A DNA stretch of 64,000 nucleotides from Chrysemys picta bellii (GCF_011386835.1 NC_088807.1:23498001-23562000); one strand, 5' to 3'; shown: positions 1 through 12,959, counted from the first letter of the stretch. The notes: generated by a model from the letters alone, not told the origin. Made by a program: numbers and translations.

Positions 1-1050
1 GCGGAGAAAACGGCCCCTCCCTGGGCTTCGCGGCACTGCTGGTGGCCAAGGTGGATCAGTTCGTACTCACCGCCCTCACCCCTGACATGTTGGCGGCCGA
101 GGACCTGGAGAGCCCCCTGGACCTGCTCTCTTCAGCCTCACCGCACCCTGGCCCAGCCCCGGCGGGCTGGAAGGCGAGGATCTCCGGCGGCGGGGCTACC
201 TGCTCAGCACCGACGAGCCCAGCCGGCCGCTCACCTCTTCACACGCTCCGGGAGCCCCTCTCGCCGCAGCTCGGGCTCGGCTCCAGGGGACCCCGCTTCC
301 CTCCCTCCCCGGCTCCTCACACACTCTGGGCAGAGCAGCCCAGAGGATTCAGGGGGCCTGGGGCAAAGCAATTTCGGGGGCCCCTTCCATAAAAAAAAGT
401 TGCAATACTAGAGTAACATGTATTTGGAAATGTAAAAAGTAACCAGTGAGATAGATTCAAAAATTAATTTGTAACCATTTGAAAATACACTAAATACATT
501 ATTTAAAAACATTCAATGCTTTAATGGGATGTCGACATTTGCAATTACATAATGGGCTGTCGCTGGGTGATGGTGATGGTTGGTGCCAATGGGCTGTCGC
601 TGCCTGGGGGTGGTGCTACTGTTGCCCAGGGCTGGGTGGGGAGCTGGGCTCTGGGTTGAGGGGTGCCCGGATCACAGGGGCTGGGCTCAGGGCTGTGGGG
701 AGATGGGGTTGGGGGGTGTCCGGCACAGAGGGGCTGGGCTCAGAGCTGGGGGTCAGGGCTGTGGGGAGATGGGGTCGGGGGGTGTCCGGCTCAGAGGGGC
801 TGGGCTCGGCGCTGGGGGTCAGGGTTGTGGGGGATGGGCTCGGGGGGTGCCAGGCTTAGAGGGGCTGGTCTCGGAGCTGGGGGTCAGGGCAGTGGGGACT
901 GCCGGAGCGGCGCCCGGGATACAGGGAGGGAGATGGGGTCCTGCTGCCGCTGCCGCGCCGAGTCCCCCCAGGGCAGCGCAGTACAGGGCGCCGCCGGGCT
1001 GGGCAGGGGGCACGGATCCCAGCTCGCGCTGACAGGGCGAGTGGCTGGGC

Positions 1051-1187
1051 CAGGGCTGGCTCCCGGTAATACCGCCCCAAGCAAAAAAATAAAAAATAAA
1101 AATAAAAAAGGGGGGCCGGAGTGCCGCCTCTTAGAAAGTGCCGCCCCAAGCACGTGCTTGGAGGGCTGGTGCCTAGAGCCGGCCCTG
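1051..1187. mobile_element. short MITE-like element or transposon end
   Basis: CAGGGCTGGCTC at 1051 and GAGCCGGCCCTG ending 1187 form an inverted pair, the same termini as the element at 12510-12929; no target-site duplication (TSD) found. Confidence 0.45.
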
Positions 1188-1202
1188 TCCCTAGGGGGGG
1201 GG

Positions 1203-1382
1203 GTGAAGCACTGGAATGGGTTCCCTAGGGAGGTGGTGGAATCTCCTTCCTTAGAGGTTTTTAAGGCCCGGCTTGACAAAGCCCTGGCTGGGATGATTTA
1301 GCTGGGAATTGGTCCTGCTTTGAGCAGGGGGTTGGACTAGATACCTCCTGAGGTCCCTTCCAGCCCTGATCTTCTATGATTC
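1203..1382 (+). mobile_element. CR1 LINE 3' end, 5'-truncated
   Basis: Encodes the CR1 ORF2 C-terminal motif KHWNGFPREVVESPSLEVFKARLDKAL, followed by the 3' UTR ending TTCTATGATTC. Confidence 0.85.
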
Positions 1383-1560
1383 CGGGTCGTTGGAAAAGAC
1401 GCACCAGCCAGGCAGACCAGAACGGTCCTTATGGCGGATTATGGCCCCCTTTGGTTTTAGGGGAAGTTTTCATGACAATGTTGGCTCTAAGGTCTTGTCT
1501 CTTATCTGCATTGCAAACGAAGTTGGGTATAGTTCTTTTGTAACCCCTATAGTAACCATG

Positions 1561-2023
1561 TGTGACGAACTGGGACTGTTCTTACCGTGGTCTGTGAATG
1601 CTGACAGGGGAGTGTGGCTGGGATAGTCTGCATTGCGGGATGGGAGTCTGCCCGAAGGCGCATACCTGAGTGTGTAATATGAGAACCCAGGAAGGGGTTG
1701 AAGGCCAGGTGACACCTTGGCCCGGGAAACTGAACAAAGGCGGTGGGAGGGGTCGCTGAAGGCAGAGTGTTGGAAGCGAGCTGGAGAGATGGCTGGGGGG
1801 GCAGAGATGGCTCTGACCTCCCAAGGGGGGCTGGGCTGGGATGCCCTGGGACCCCAAGATGAACCTAACTGAGGGGGTCCTGTTGTCGGTGCCTGCAAGA
1901 CCTGTCTTGGACTGTATTCCTGTCATCCAAATAAACCTTCTGCTTTACTGGCTGGCTGAGAGTCATGGTGAATCGCAGGAAGCCGGGGGTGCAGGGCCCT
2001 GAGTCCCCCAATACTCCGTGACA
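1561..2023 (+). mobile_element. solo LTR of the Gypsy family seen at 15222-19311
   Basis: TGTGAC...GTGACA termini, 5-bp TSD CCATG (1556-1560 and 2024-2028), internal AATAAA, strong similarity to the LTRs at 15222 and 18840. Confidence 0.9.
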
Positions 2024-3082
2024 CCATGTAACCCTTTATAAACCGTAACCCTGTCTGAAATGCTCTGTACACTTGTCTGGGGTGAGGAGCAAAGGACGTG
2101 TGCGTGGTTAAGGAGGCGTGTGGAAGCCATCGCAGATGTCCAGATGGTCAAGAAGAAGTGAGAGAGTTGGAGAGACGGCAGGAAACAATCAGAAAACGTC
2201 CATTGTGTCTGATGCTAAAGGAGTTAGCGGCATTGACAGCCTCAGAGGTGAGGCAAACACCCCCGAAGGGGAGACAACAGCGGAAAACCCAAAGATTAAC
2301 ACCACTTATGGACTAACGACTCCAGAATGACATTGCGAAATCCAGAGGGTAAAGTGGAAATGGGTGTTTTGCCAGAGAACTCTGGGGTCAGGCCCACAAA
2401 GCCTTCGGAGCATCGGCTCGCGACCGACGGAGCCCAGCTCCTCCCTCGTGCTCAGTCTAACCGGCCATTAGATTGACTTGAGCTACGACAGACTGGGGAC
2501 GACAAGAGCGCGTGCAGGACCCGTGTGTGTGTGTGAGATTGAATGCACAGGCTAAGCGTTGAATTTTCAATAAACGCGGTGTCTTGCCTTTCCCCCTGAA
2601 AAAGACCCCGTGTCCTTCTTATAAGCCTAACTTCACCTCTAGACCCCAGTGCCATCCCAGAGCCGGGGATAGAACCCAGGCGTCCTGGCTCCTAGTCCCC
2701 CTCGCGCTAACCTCCCAGACCCGGTGACACCACACCCCGTATTCTTCGTGGAACTAGTGTTACAATATAATTATAGCATCACTGTGACATATTTTGTGCA
2801 AGACGAGGCATGTGAGGTATCAATAGAAAGGTGACGATTGGCTGAATGTGATTATGCTATTGGTGTGAACGTACCAGGCCTGAATATCAGGAATATCGAC
2901 GCTGGACCAATGACCAGTGGGTTTCCCCCGGGGAACGCCCAGCAGACAGCAGCCATCAGTCCGGCTGGGCCGTTGGGAAGAACAATACGTCCTTGAAGAT
3001 GCTCCTCTCCCACCTGCCTGGGATGGGACAAAGCGCCCCTGTCTCCTGGCTGCTTTCATCACGTGATCCCAGCTGAGCTCCT

Positions 3083-4093
3083 CTAGCCAGATGTCCCACT
3101 GCGCAGCGGGGAGAGATCGGCGTCGATCCCGATCCACTCAGGGAGGAAGGCGGCCGCAGGCTTCAAGATCTTGAGGAAGGGGGAGTCGGGAAGGATGTAG
3201 TTGGCCAAGTAGATGGTCTCCCCCCCAGCCAGGTAGCCGGCCCAGATGCCAAAGGTCCCGATGGTCATGATTGTGTGGTTGCAATGGACCAAGAGAGCAA
3301 AGTCCCTCCCCGGCGACGACTCCTTCCCGTCCCCCGAGAAATACACGTCCCACCGTGAGGCGTCCATGTTCTCCCGGCACCACTCCATCCTGTTGCTGGT
3401 CACCACGAAGACCGGCTCCTGGTACTTGTCCCGGAAGTAGCCCATGGCCTTCTCCAGGTAGGCCTTGTCCGCCACCACCCCCTTCCAGTGCTCGGCCATC
3501 ACCTGGACGTAATCCCCCCTCCGGACGTGGACGCCCACGTAGGTCACGTTCCGGCGCTGCCCACGCAGCCCGGCCAGGTACCGGTTGGCCTCCTCCTTGA
3601 CGTGGTCGTGGAAGGAGAATTCCTGGAGGATCTCCTGCCGGAGGTGGTGGTAGAAGGTCCAGGAGCAGGGGTAGCCCGTCAGCCGGACGTATTTCCCCTC
3701 GATGTGCCTGTACTCCTCCGACATCCAGTCGTGGAGCTCATAGTCCTTCCACGGGATCCTCTAAGCCCTGAATCTGGAGAGCACGGGCAGGGTGATGCGG
3801 AAGAGGGGCGCCAGCTGCCGGTGCATGTCCATGGGGATGTAGGCCTGGCGCCCGTTCATCTTGGCCAGGGCGTAGAGGGTGGCGTATTCCCCCATCTGGT
3901 TCCCCAGGCGCCCGGCGGAGTTCACGGTCCACATGCCCCGCTCTGTGGCGTTCGGGGTGGGGAACCTCCACTCCATAGTGGGGAACCAGATGCTTAGGTA
4001 GATGGCGATGCAGAGGGTCATGATGGACACCAGCGAGAAGAGGGTCAGTTTGAGGAGCATCCGGAAGGGGACCCAGGAGCCCGGGGCAGTCAC
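3083..4093 (-). pseudogene. alpha-1,2-fucosyltransferase (GT11, FUT2-like) copy 1, disrupted
   Basis: Full-length homology to copy 3 ([40 protein letters not shown]), but in-frame TAG at 3763-3761 (LSRFRA*RIPW) and a 6-bp deletion (GAGCCA) that turns the start ATG into GTG at 4093. Confidence 0.85.
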
Positions 4094-5559
4094 CAGCGAT
4101 GATGAGGGAAGGAGATCCCAGCCTGGGGGAGGGGGGTGAATCGAAGGGAAAGGTGGGGGGAACAGGGGAGGGAGGAAAGGGGGGGGGATGGATAGGCAAG
4201 TGGTTAGAGGAGAAGGGGGAGGGGGTCTTCCTGGCTCAGTTATCTGTGTTCCAAAAGACCTTCAGCTGCCAGCAAAGCCCCACCCAGCCGAGGGGCTGGT
4301 GACCCCAGCTCCAGCAGGACGTGTGTTGTTGGGGGGAGCAGAGCCACTGCTTGATCCCGGATCGGCCCCTTCAGCCACAACCCAGCGCAGGGGCAGGCGA
4401 GAACAGTCAGAGCAACAGTGTTTCCACCCCCTCCCCCCCGCCAGCTCTGCTGATGCCCCTCCGGCCTGATCTGCAGCACCCCCTGCTGAGAGAGAACCCA
4501 GGAGTCCTGGCTCCCAACCCCCTCTGCTCTAACCACTGGACCTCACTCCCCTCCCAGAGCCAGGGAGAGAACCCAGGAGTCCTGGCTACCGGCACCCCCT
4601 ACTCTAACCACTAGACCCCACTCCCTTCCCAGAGCCAGGGAGAGAACCCAGGAGTCCTAGTGAGCTGTGGTGGGGAAGGGGGGGGTCTCTGGGGCAGAAG
4701 GGGGCTGTCATGGTCACAGAGCACACTGACTGCAAGGGGATGGTGCCCCGTACCGAGCCTCCCGCCTCACTCCCTACAGCCCAGCGCCCCCTGGGGCTGG
4801 GTGAGGGGGGGGGGACGATGACGTCCTCTGGTTACCTAGAATCACTGAGTTTTACCCCTTGGCCCCTGCCCAGAACCTCAACAGTGTGGGGGGGGCACAG
4901 CCAGCACCCACGGGGTATCAGACTGGCAGGGGGCACTGTGAGATGTGGGGTCGGGGGAATGGAGGGGTGAGGGGAAGAACAGAGGACATAGATGGGGGAG
5001 GAGAGGAGGAAATGTGGGGAGGGGCAGAGGAAGGGTGGAGATGGAGGGCAAGGGGAGGGGGCAATGGGGGAGGGGATGGAGGGAGGGTGGAGATGTAGGG
5101 AGAGAGGAGGGGAAAATGGGGGGAGGGGATGTAGGGAGGGGAAATGGAGGTGGCAGTGTGGGAGGTTTCCGAGCCACGGGGCAAGACAGGAGCGAAGCTG
5201 GGTTGGGCCGGGGAGTCTGGGGTCCGAAGGGATCTGGGGGCCAAGCCGGGGTGATGCCCCCTGCCACCCCCGCTGGGCCTGCGGGCAAGGTCCCAGCCCT
5301 GGGTCTCTGGGCTCACCTGCACCAAGCCTGTCGCCACCCCCGGACGGACGGTTTGGGGAAGTCGAGCCAGGCCAGTGTCAGCACCCCACGCCCCGGTCCC
5401 ACAGCACTCAGAGCAGGGGGGGCTGGGAGCCAGGACTCCTGGGTTCTCGCCCCAGCTCTGGCAATGGAGCGACTCCCTGACTCCCCTTCAAAGCCACCAG
5501 CCGCCGGGCTCCAACCCTCCTCCCCCAGCTCTCGGGGCCCCGTCCCCATCCTCCCGCTG

Positions 5560-5960
5560 CCCCCGTCTCTGTTCCCCGGGTCAGGTCGCCCGCTGCCGTG
5601 CGAGCGAGCTGCTCTGCAGGGGTGACATCCTGCCACAGCTTCCTGAGCCAGCGCCCGGGCCGGAGCTCGACGTGAGGAAGTGTCACCGCCGGTAGGGGAG
5701 GCGTTACTCACCCCCATTCGCCCGGGGGGGTGTTTCTTGATGCTTTTCGCAGCCCCGCTCAGCGCAGACAGGGGGCGTCCCGCGTCCCCACAGGCTCCTG
5801 GCACCTCCGGGCCCCCCGACATTCAGCCCCTGAGTGGCACATGTGGCGACGCCCGGCTGACGCGTTTCCTGTCTACAGCTGGCTTCCCCCGCCGGCTCCG
5901 GCGCACCGGCTGCAGCCATTGGCCTCTCTCGGGCGAGCGCAGCTGGGACGTGTCAGGCTC
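5560..5960 (-). promoter_or_regulatory. CpG-rich block upstream of FUT copy 1, probable promoter and non-coding first exon
   Basis: Nearly identical to 26340-26770 upstream of copy 3 while neighbouring DNA diverges; minus-strand donor GG|GTGAGT near 5710; ETS-type GAGGAAGT near 5675; matching acceptor near 4123. Confidence 0.5.
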
Positions 5961-6049
5961 TCTGGGCTCGCGCCGCTTCACGGCCGGGGTTCGGGCCCCA
6001 GGTCCTGCCCAAGGCTCAGAGCTCCAGACTGGCTAGCACTGCTGGCAGG

Positions 6050-6460
6050 GCTGGCCCCAGGGGGCGCTGGGCTGCGGGGAGCGGGGCGGGGGGGTCAGCA
6101 GGGGGCGCTTGCTGCGGGGACTGGGGCGGGGGGGTCAGCAGGGGGCGCTGGGCTGCATGGGGTGGGGCGGGGGGTCAGCAGGGGGCGCTGGGCTGCAGGG
6201 AGCGGGGCTGGGGGGTCAGCAGGGGCGCTGGGCTGTGGGGAGAGGGGTGGGAGGGTCAGCAGGGGGCGCTGAGCTGCAGGGAGCGGGGCTGGGGGGTCAG
6301 CAGGGGCGCTGGGCTGTGGGGAGAGGGGTGGGAGGGTCAGCAGGGGGTGCTGGGCTGCATGGGATGGGGCGGGGCGGTCAGCAGGGGGTGCTGGGCTGAG
6401 GGGAGCGGGGTGGGGGGCTCAGTAGGGAGCGCTGTCCTGCAGGAAGCAGGGGGTCAGCAG
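6050..6460 (+). repeat. GC-rich minisatellite carrying CTCF-like CAGCAGGGGGCGC motifs
   Basis: About nine copies of cagca(g)ggggcgctg at roughly 35-40 bp spacing. Confidence 0.7.
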
Positions 6461-6589
6461 GGGGTGCTCTCCCCTGGCTACCAGGGCTGGCCTTTAGGGA
6501 CCTGGGAGGGGGGGTTTGTCCCCTGACCCCATGACCTGAGCTGCCTGATTCTCAGCCCTCCCTGACCACAGACCTCTCTCTGCCCCTGC

Positions 6590-7680
6590 TTGGTGCTTTA
6601 AAAGGGCCAATTTCACAAAGCTGGAAACAATTATGAACCAGATCAGCCAGGAGGGAGAAATTAATCTGAAAAACAGGAATAACAGATCGGATTTGTCTAA
6701 GAACACTTTCCTAGATCCCCAAAAACCAGGCCGTACTGGTTACAAACTGACCTGGTTTAGAGGGGAAGTGGAGGCAGCTATAAAAAAGAACAAATTGGAA
6801 GTGAGGGGAAACTGATAGTAGTAATGAATATAAATCAGAAGCGAAGAATTGTAGAAAATTGATAAGGGAAGCCATGGGACACAAGGAGAACTGTACGGCC
6901 ACCAGCGTTAAGGACAATAAGGAGCTTTTTTAAGTATCTTAGGAACAAAAAGAACCCTTCCAATGGTGTTGGTCCATTACTAGATGGAAATGGCAGAATT
7001 ATCACTAATAACGAAGAAAGGCAATAAACATTTCTGTTCTGTATCTGGTGGGAAGAGCAGCTGATGCAGTCTTATCAGATGGTGATGAGAACCCTCTTTC
7101 CATTCCACTGGTACCGCTGCAGAAGTCAAACAGCTGCTACTAAAGTCAGACATTTTTTAAATCAGCAGATCTGCATAACTTGCCTCTAAGAGTTTTAAAA
7201 GAGCAGGCCGAGGAACTCGCAGGATGGTTAACGTTGCTTTTGAATATGGTTTGGAGCCCTGGGGCAATTCCGGAAGCCTGGGCAAAAGCGAACGTTGGGC
7301 CAAGATTTAGACAGGGTCAGCGGGACGACCCCAGAGGCCCATTCCACAATTATAGGTGTCTCATCCGGACATCCGTCCCTGGCAAGTTAACGGAGCAGCT
7401 GCTACGGGACTCGCTTAATAAAGCCCGAAAGGCGTGTAACGTAATTCACGCCGCGCAGTTTGGGTTTATGGAGAATAGAGCCTGGCAGACTAACCCGGTA
7501 GCTTTTTTGGATGACGCGACAGGTTTGGGTGACACAACAGCAGTGTCGACGTGGGGGCAGCATTTGCCGTGGTACCGCATGACGTGGCGATTAAAAAACT
7601 GGGACGCTTTCAAATGACCATGGCGCACGTGAAATGAATTAAAAACTGCTAACTGATGGGTCTCAAAACGCATAGGCGCC
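6590..7680 (+). mobile_element. degenerate CR1-type LINE ORF2 (reverse transcriptase) fragment
   Basis: ORF 7180-7617 has RT-region motifs IPEAWAKANV, NYR, LIRTSVPGKLTEQL, QFGFMENR; the rest is broken by stops and frameshifts. Confidence 0.75.
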
Positions 7681-7868
7681 GACTCCGTGGGTCCTCCACG
7701 GCTGGAGCCCCCACGGCGGAAAAAACGGTGGGGGCCGAGCACAGTCCTCCCACAGCTTCCCCCACCCGCCGCAGCACCTCCCGCCCGCTGGCGGGTCCCG
7801 GATCAGCACCTCCCCCTCCCTCCTGCCCACCGCAATCAGCTGTTTCCCGGCATGCAGGAGGCTCTGGA

Positions 7869-8383
7869 CGTGACGACGTGGGAATGTTCTTAATGTTTTC
7901 TCTGAATACTGGGTGGGTGCCTCAGTTTCCCCTATGCATTTCTTAGGTATCTAGGTGGGGGGATCAGGGTGTGTGATTGTTGCAGAGCCCAAGAAGGCCC
8001 CTGTGATACTGTCTGCACAGAGAATAGCCGACACCCTGTCTCCTGGCAACTAATGGCCTGGGCCCCTCCCCTGCAAGGTGCCAACTGAAGGTGTTGGAGA
8101 ACAAAGAGATCAGGTGCCCTCCTGGCCCGGGATAGAGACAAAGGCCAGAGGAGGGGCTGGAGTGTCTCAGTTTGGAGCTGGCTGGGGGAATGGCTTCTGG
8201 CCTCCCCTGGCCCCCCAAGATGGACCTGACTGAGGGGGTCCTGTTGTCTGTACCTGCAAGACCTGCCTTGAACTGTGTTCCTGTCGGCTAAATAAACCTT
8301 CTGTGTTCCTGGGCGGTGGAGAGTCCCGGTGAATCGCTGGAAGCCGGGGGTGCAGGGCCCCGACTCCCCCAAACTCTGTGACA
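7869..8383 (+). mobile_element. older solo LTR of a related family
   Basis: GTGAC start and GTGACA end, near-TSD CTGGA/CTGGG, 3' half aligns with the LTR at 1561 (ccccaagatggacctgactgaggggg...aataaaccttctg). Confidence 0.75.
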
Positions 8384-8439
8384 CTGGGGGAAGGGGGGAG
8401 AAGGAAGGACGCAGCACGCCCAGGGGAAGGAGTGAAACT

Positions 8440-8600
8440 GGGCGGGAAGAGGCGGGGTAGGGTGGGGCCTTAGTGGAGGGGGCGGGGCCTGGGGCAGAGC
8501 CAGGGGGCGAGGCCCCCCTGGCACATTATAAAGTTGGCGCCTGTGACCGGGGAAGCGCCATCGAGCGAGGGTGTTTCCTGCGGGGTCCGGCCGGGGTCGG
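8440..8600 (+). promoter_or_regulatory. promoter-like element at the start of a CpG island, no gene assigned
   Basis: GC boxes (GGGCGGGG) near 8450 and 8480, TATAAA at 8528-8533, CpG-rich DNA to about 9250. Confidence 0.35.
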
Positions 8601-10210
8601 TTCTGGGCCCTGCGCGAGTTCCCAGCTTTATGGAGAAACCAGAACATCGTCCCTGGTCACATTTCCCGCAGATGCACGGTCTGGGGGCAGGACGCCGAGA
8701 CCGGGGCAGGGACACGGAGCCACGGGGGTCACTGGGGGCGTTTTCCTACGGCGACGTGTCAGCAAGTCCATCCGGGAGCGGAGAACGCCGGCCGCACGCA
8801 CAGGCTGGGGGTCGCCCTCCGGGGCAGCCGGGACTCCGGGAGAGATTTGGAGTCGTGGTGGGGACCCAGCCGCACCTGAGTTCCCCAGGCGGCGCTGGGG
8901 CCGAAGGCCTGACGGGACCTGGGGACGCAGCAACCGGGATCCCCGCGTGGGAGCAGAGAGGTGGTTCGACCTCTGGATCGGGCCCGGGGGCCTAGAGCCG
9001 TGTTTCTTGAATGCAGCCACCACAGCGTCCAAGGCCTGGCAGGGGGAGCAGAGCAGCGGCCCCCTCCCTGCAGCGCCCGGCTGTTGCTTCAGAATAGCTG
9101 GTCCCAAGGGCGGCGCGATGCCCCGCGCCGGTGTTTGCACTGACGGGCTGCAGGAGGCAGGGACAGAGCCGAGTCTGGGCTCCCCGGCCTGGGCCTCGCT
9201 CGCAGTTTCCAGTTGCTGTAGCTACCGGAGCTCGACAGCCCTGGGTTAGGAGATCCAAACGGTCCCGTCTGGCTTTGGAACATATTAATCCCACCCCACT
9301 CGCCTCCCAGAGCTGGGGAGAGAATCCAGGAGTCCTGGCTCCCAGCCCCCCCTGCTCTAACCACTAGACCCCACTCCCCTCCCAGAGCCGGGGAGAGAAC
9401 CCAGGAGTCCTGGCTCCCAGCTCACCCTGCTCTAACCACTAGACGCCACTCCCCTCCCAGAGCCAGGGAGAGAACCCAGGAGTCCTGGCTCCCAGCCCCT
9501 CCCTGCTCTTACCACTGGGCGATCTGCTTCCTTGTTTCTTGTTTCCCCTAAAAGCAGCTTGTGGAATTTGTAACTGGGGGGCGAAACGCTGTGCGGATCT
9601 TCCTCCCCATTGCCGGAGGGGGCAGATTTCCGGAGCTTGCGCTGTGCAGGTCTCTGTGCAGCGCACGGCAACACAATTTGGGGCTTGCACCCCAGAGGGG
9701 GTGAGCACTGGAGTGCTGGGCTATTCCCTAGCTGAAGCCTTCCCACGCAGAGCTGATCCCCGTGTCTGTCTTTCTGCGGCTGGGCGTGTCCCTACCTGCG
9801 TGGGCTGGAGGAGGCTTGAGGGCCTGGCTTAGCAGGACAGGGTGAGGGAGCCCAGGCTGGTGGAACAGGCGGGCTCAGTGGTACCCCAGTACATCACGTG
9901 GCACCCCGCAGTGGGGGAGGCGACTCATCACAGACCCCACTCACCTCCCGGAGCTGGACTCGAACCCAGGAGTCCTGGTTCCCAGCCCCCACTCCCCTGC
10001 ACTCTAACCATTCAACAGACGGAGACGGTCCCATCACTCAGGACACTCCTATGAGAAGTTGTCCGATGTAGGTCATTGGCTGCTCCGTGTGGGGCTCTGA
10101 ATCCCGCCAGCCCAGCTCCAATCGCCCCCGATCTCCCCAGCGCAGCCCGCACCAGCCGGGGGGCCCAGATGCCCAGTCCTGGCGGGTGAATCCTGTTGTC
10201 CTGTGGCCAC

Positions 10211-10665
10211 TGTGACGAACTGGGACTTTTCTTACTGTGGTCTGTAAATGCTGACAGGGGAGTGTGGCTAGGATGGTCTGCATTGGGGGATGGGAGAGTG
10301 ACCCACGGAGAATACCTGAGCATGTAACATGAGAACCCAGGAAGGGGTTGGAGGCCAGGTGACACCTTGGCCCGGGAAACTGAACAAAGGCTGTGGGAGG
10401 GGTCGCTGAAGGGAGAGTTTTGAGCTGGCTGGGTGATATGTCTGGGAGGCAGACAGGGCTCTGACCTCCCAAGGGGGCTGAGGTGCCCTGAGACCCCAAG
10501 ATGGACCTAACTGAGGAGTATCCTGTTGTCTGTGCCTGCAAGACCCGTCTTGGACTGTGTTCCTGTCATCTAAATAAACCTTCTGCTTTACTGGCTGGCT
10601 GAGAGTCATGGTGAATCGCAGGAAGCCGGGGGTGCAGGGCCCTGAGTCCCCCACACTCCGCGACA
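10211..10665 (+). mobile_element. solo LTR, same family as 1561 and 15222
   Basis: TGTGAC...CGACA termini, 5-bp TSD GCCAC (10206-10210 and 10666-10670); absent at the paralogous site near 23790. Confidence 0.9.
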
Positions 10666-10683
10666 GCCACCAACTGAGCTCCT

Positions 10684-11135
10684 CTAGCCAGATGTCTCAC
10701 TCCGCAGCGGGGAGAGATCGGCGTTGATCCCGATCCACTCGGGGAGGAAAGCAGCCTCAGGCTTGAAGATCTTGAGGAAGGGGGAGTCGGGGAGGGTGTA
10801 GTTGGCCAAGTAGATGGTCTCCCCACCGACCAGGTAACCGGCCCAGATGCTGAAGGTCCCAATAGTCATGATCGTGTGGTTGCAATGGGCCAAAAGAGCA
10901 AAGTCCCTCCCCGGCGACGACTCCTTCCTGTCCCCCGAGAAATACACGTCCCCCCGCGAGGCGTCAATGTTCTCCTGGCACCACTCCATCCCGTTGCTGG
11001 TCACCACGAAGACCGGCTCCTGGTACTTGGCCGGAAGTAGCCCATGGCCTTCTCCAGGTAGGCCCTGTCCGCCACCACCCCCTTCCAGTGCTCGGCCATC
11101 TCCTGGATGTAATCCCCCCTCTGGATGCGCACGCG
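10684..11135 (-). pseudogene. alpha-1,2-fucosyltransferase copy 2, 3' fragment only
   Basis: Homology from RGDY to the stop ([10 protein letters not shown]); one base missing near 11031 relative to copy 3; 5' half replaced by a (TG)n tract and a copy of the copy-1 3' flank. Confidence 0.85.
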
Positions 11136-11185
11136 TGTGTGTGTGTGTGTGTGCAAGAGAGAAAGATTGAATGCACAGGCTAAGT

Positions 11186-11404
11186 CAGTGTGTTTCAAAC
11201 TTTTTTACTGGTGCCCCCTTTCACACAGCAAGACTCTGAGTGTGACCCCCCCCAATAAATTAAACACCCTTTAAAATATATTTAACACCCTTATAAATAC
11301 TGGAGGTAAGCCGGGTTCAGGGTGGAGGTTGACAGCTCGCAACCCCTCCATGTAATAACCTCGCGACCCCCTGAGGTTCCCGACCCCCAGTTTGAGAATC
11401 CCTG
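11186..11404. mobile_element. hAT-type MITE
   Basis: CAGTG...TTTGAGAATCCCTG termini, 8-bp TSD GGCTAAGT/CGCTAAGT; empty site visible in the paralogous flank near 2550. Confidence 0.8.
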
Positions 11405-12509
11405 CGCTAAGTGTTGTATTTTCAATAAACGCGGCGTCTTGCCTGTTCCCCTTAAAAAGACCCCGTGGGCTTCTTATAAGCCTAAGTTCACCTCTAGACC
11501 CCACTGCCATCCCAGAGCCGGGGACAGAACCCAGGCGTCCTGGCTCCTAGCCCACCCCCCGCAACCTCCCAGACCTTATGACACCACACCCCATATTCTT
11601 CATAGAACTAGTGTTACAATATAATTATAGCATCACTGTGACATATTTTGTGCAAGACGAGGCATGTGAGGTATCAATAGAAGGGTGACGATTGGCTGAA
11701 TGTGATTATGCTATTGGTGTGAACGTACCAGGCCTGAATATCAGGAATATCGACGCTGGACCAATGACCAGTGGGTTTCCCCCTGGGGAACGCCCAGCAG
11801 ACAGCAGCCATCAGTCCGGCTGGGCCGTTGGGAAGAACAATACGTCCTTGAAGATGTTCCTCTCCCACCTGCCTGGGATGGGACAAAGCGCCTCTGTCTC
11901 CTGGCTGCTTTGATCACGTGATCCCGGCCCCTGGTTCCGGACTCCATGATGGAATACCAGGAGGGGCGGGGGACGACACTGGAAAAAAGGATTCCCCCCC
12001 ACACACCCCATGTGTCAATCCTACGTAAGGCAGGGGAGTGAGTTAATCTTGGTTCATTCGTCACTGAATCCCCGCCCAGGCTGACTGCTGAGAACATCTA
12101 AGAAACAAAGACCAAGGTGGGGCGGAGGTCTGAGCCCGGGCTGGGAAAGGTGTCGGGCCTGTGACAGGAATACCTGGAGTTTTAAGCTGCAAGGAAGAGC
12201 AGTTTGCCTTCAAGAACCTCTGCAATCTGTCGAAGGCAACATTTCGGGGGAGAAATTCCTGCTTGTAACCAGCTACTTTAGGATCTAAGCTCATATGGCG
12301 TGTGGTTTTATTGGCTGGGTGATCTGCTTTGGTCTGCTGGCGATCCCTTGTCAGCAGTGTGACATAGCACGGCCTGAGGGGAGCAGGCGAGTGATCGATG
12401 GGAGATCTGTAAACCCCAGGATGAGGAGAGCCTTAGTCCCTGTAGAGGGAAGAGAGGCTGCTACACCAGAAGCCAATTAGGGCACCTGAAGCCAGTCACC
12501 TGATAAAAC

Positions 12510-12929
12510 CAGGGCCGGCTCCAGGCACAAGCCCACCAAGCCTGGAGCCAACCTGGAGGGGGGCGGCGGGGTGCGGTGCTCTGGCTCTGGCCACCGGGGA
12601 GAGCGGAGCCCCGTCCGGGCTCACCGCCCTCCTCCCAGGGCTCTGGCCGCCCTCCCGCCCGGCCGCCGGGGAGAGCGGAGCCCCGGCCAGGCTCACCGCC
12701 CTCCCCTCAGCGCTCTGGCCGCCGGGGAGAGCGGAGCCCCGACCGGGCACTTCGCCCTCCTCCCACGGCTCCCGGCGCCCTCCCCCCGGGCCGCCGGGGA
12801 GAGCGGAGCCACAACCGGGCTCACCGCCCTCCCCCCGGGGCTGCGGCCGCCCTCCCCTGCCGCGCTGGGGGGGGGGGGCGGCCGGCAACTTTTTTGCCTG
12901 CGGCGGCAAAAAAGCCAGAGCCAGCCCTG
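12510..12929. mobile_element. hAT-type MITE with GC-rich internal repeats
   Basis: Terminal inverted repeats CAGGGCCGGCTC / GAGCCAGCCCTG, 8-bp TSD GATAAAAC/GATAAACC. Confidence 0.8.
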
Positions 12930-12959
12930 GATAAACCCCCCTGCTTCAATCAGATAGTT

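Noticed and set aside
8534-8552. Retroviral tRNA-Lys primer site (TGGCGCC)
   Set aside because: Only 7 nt match, it is 150 bp from the LTR end, and no gag follows
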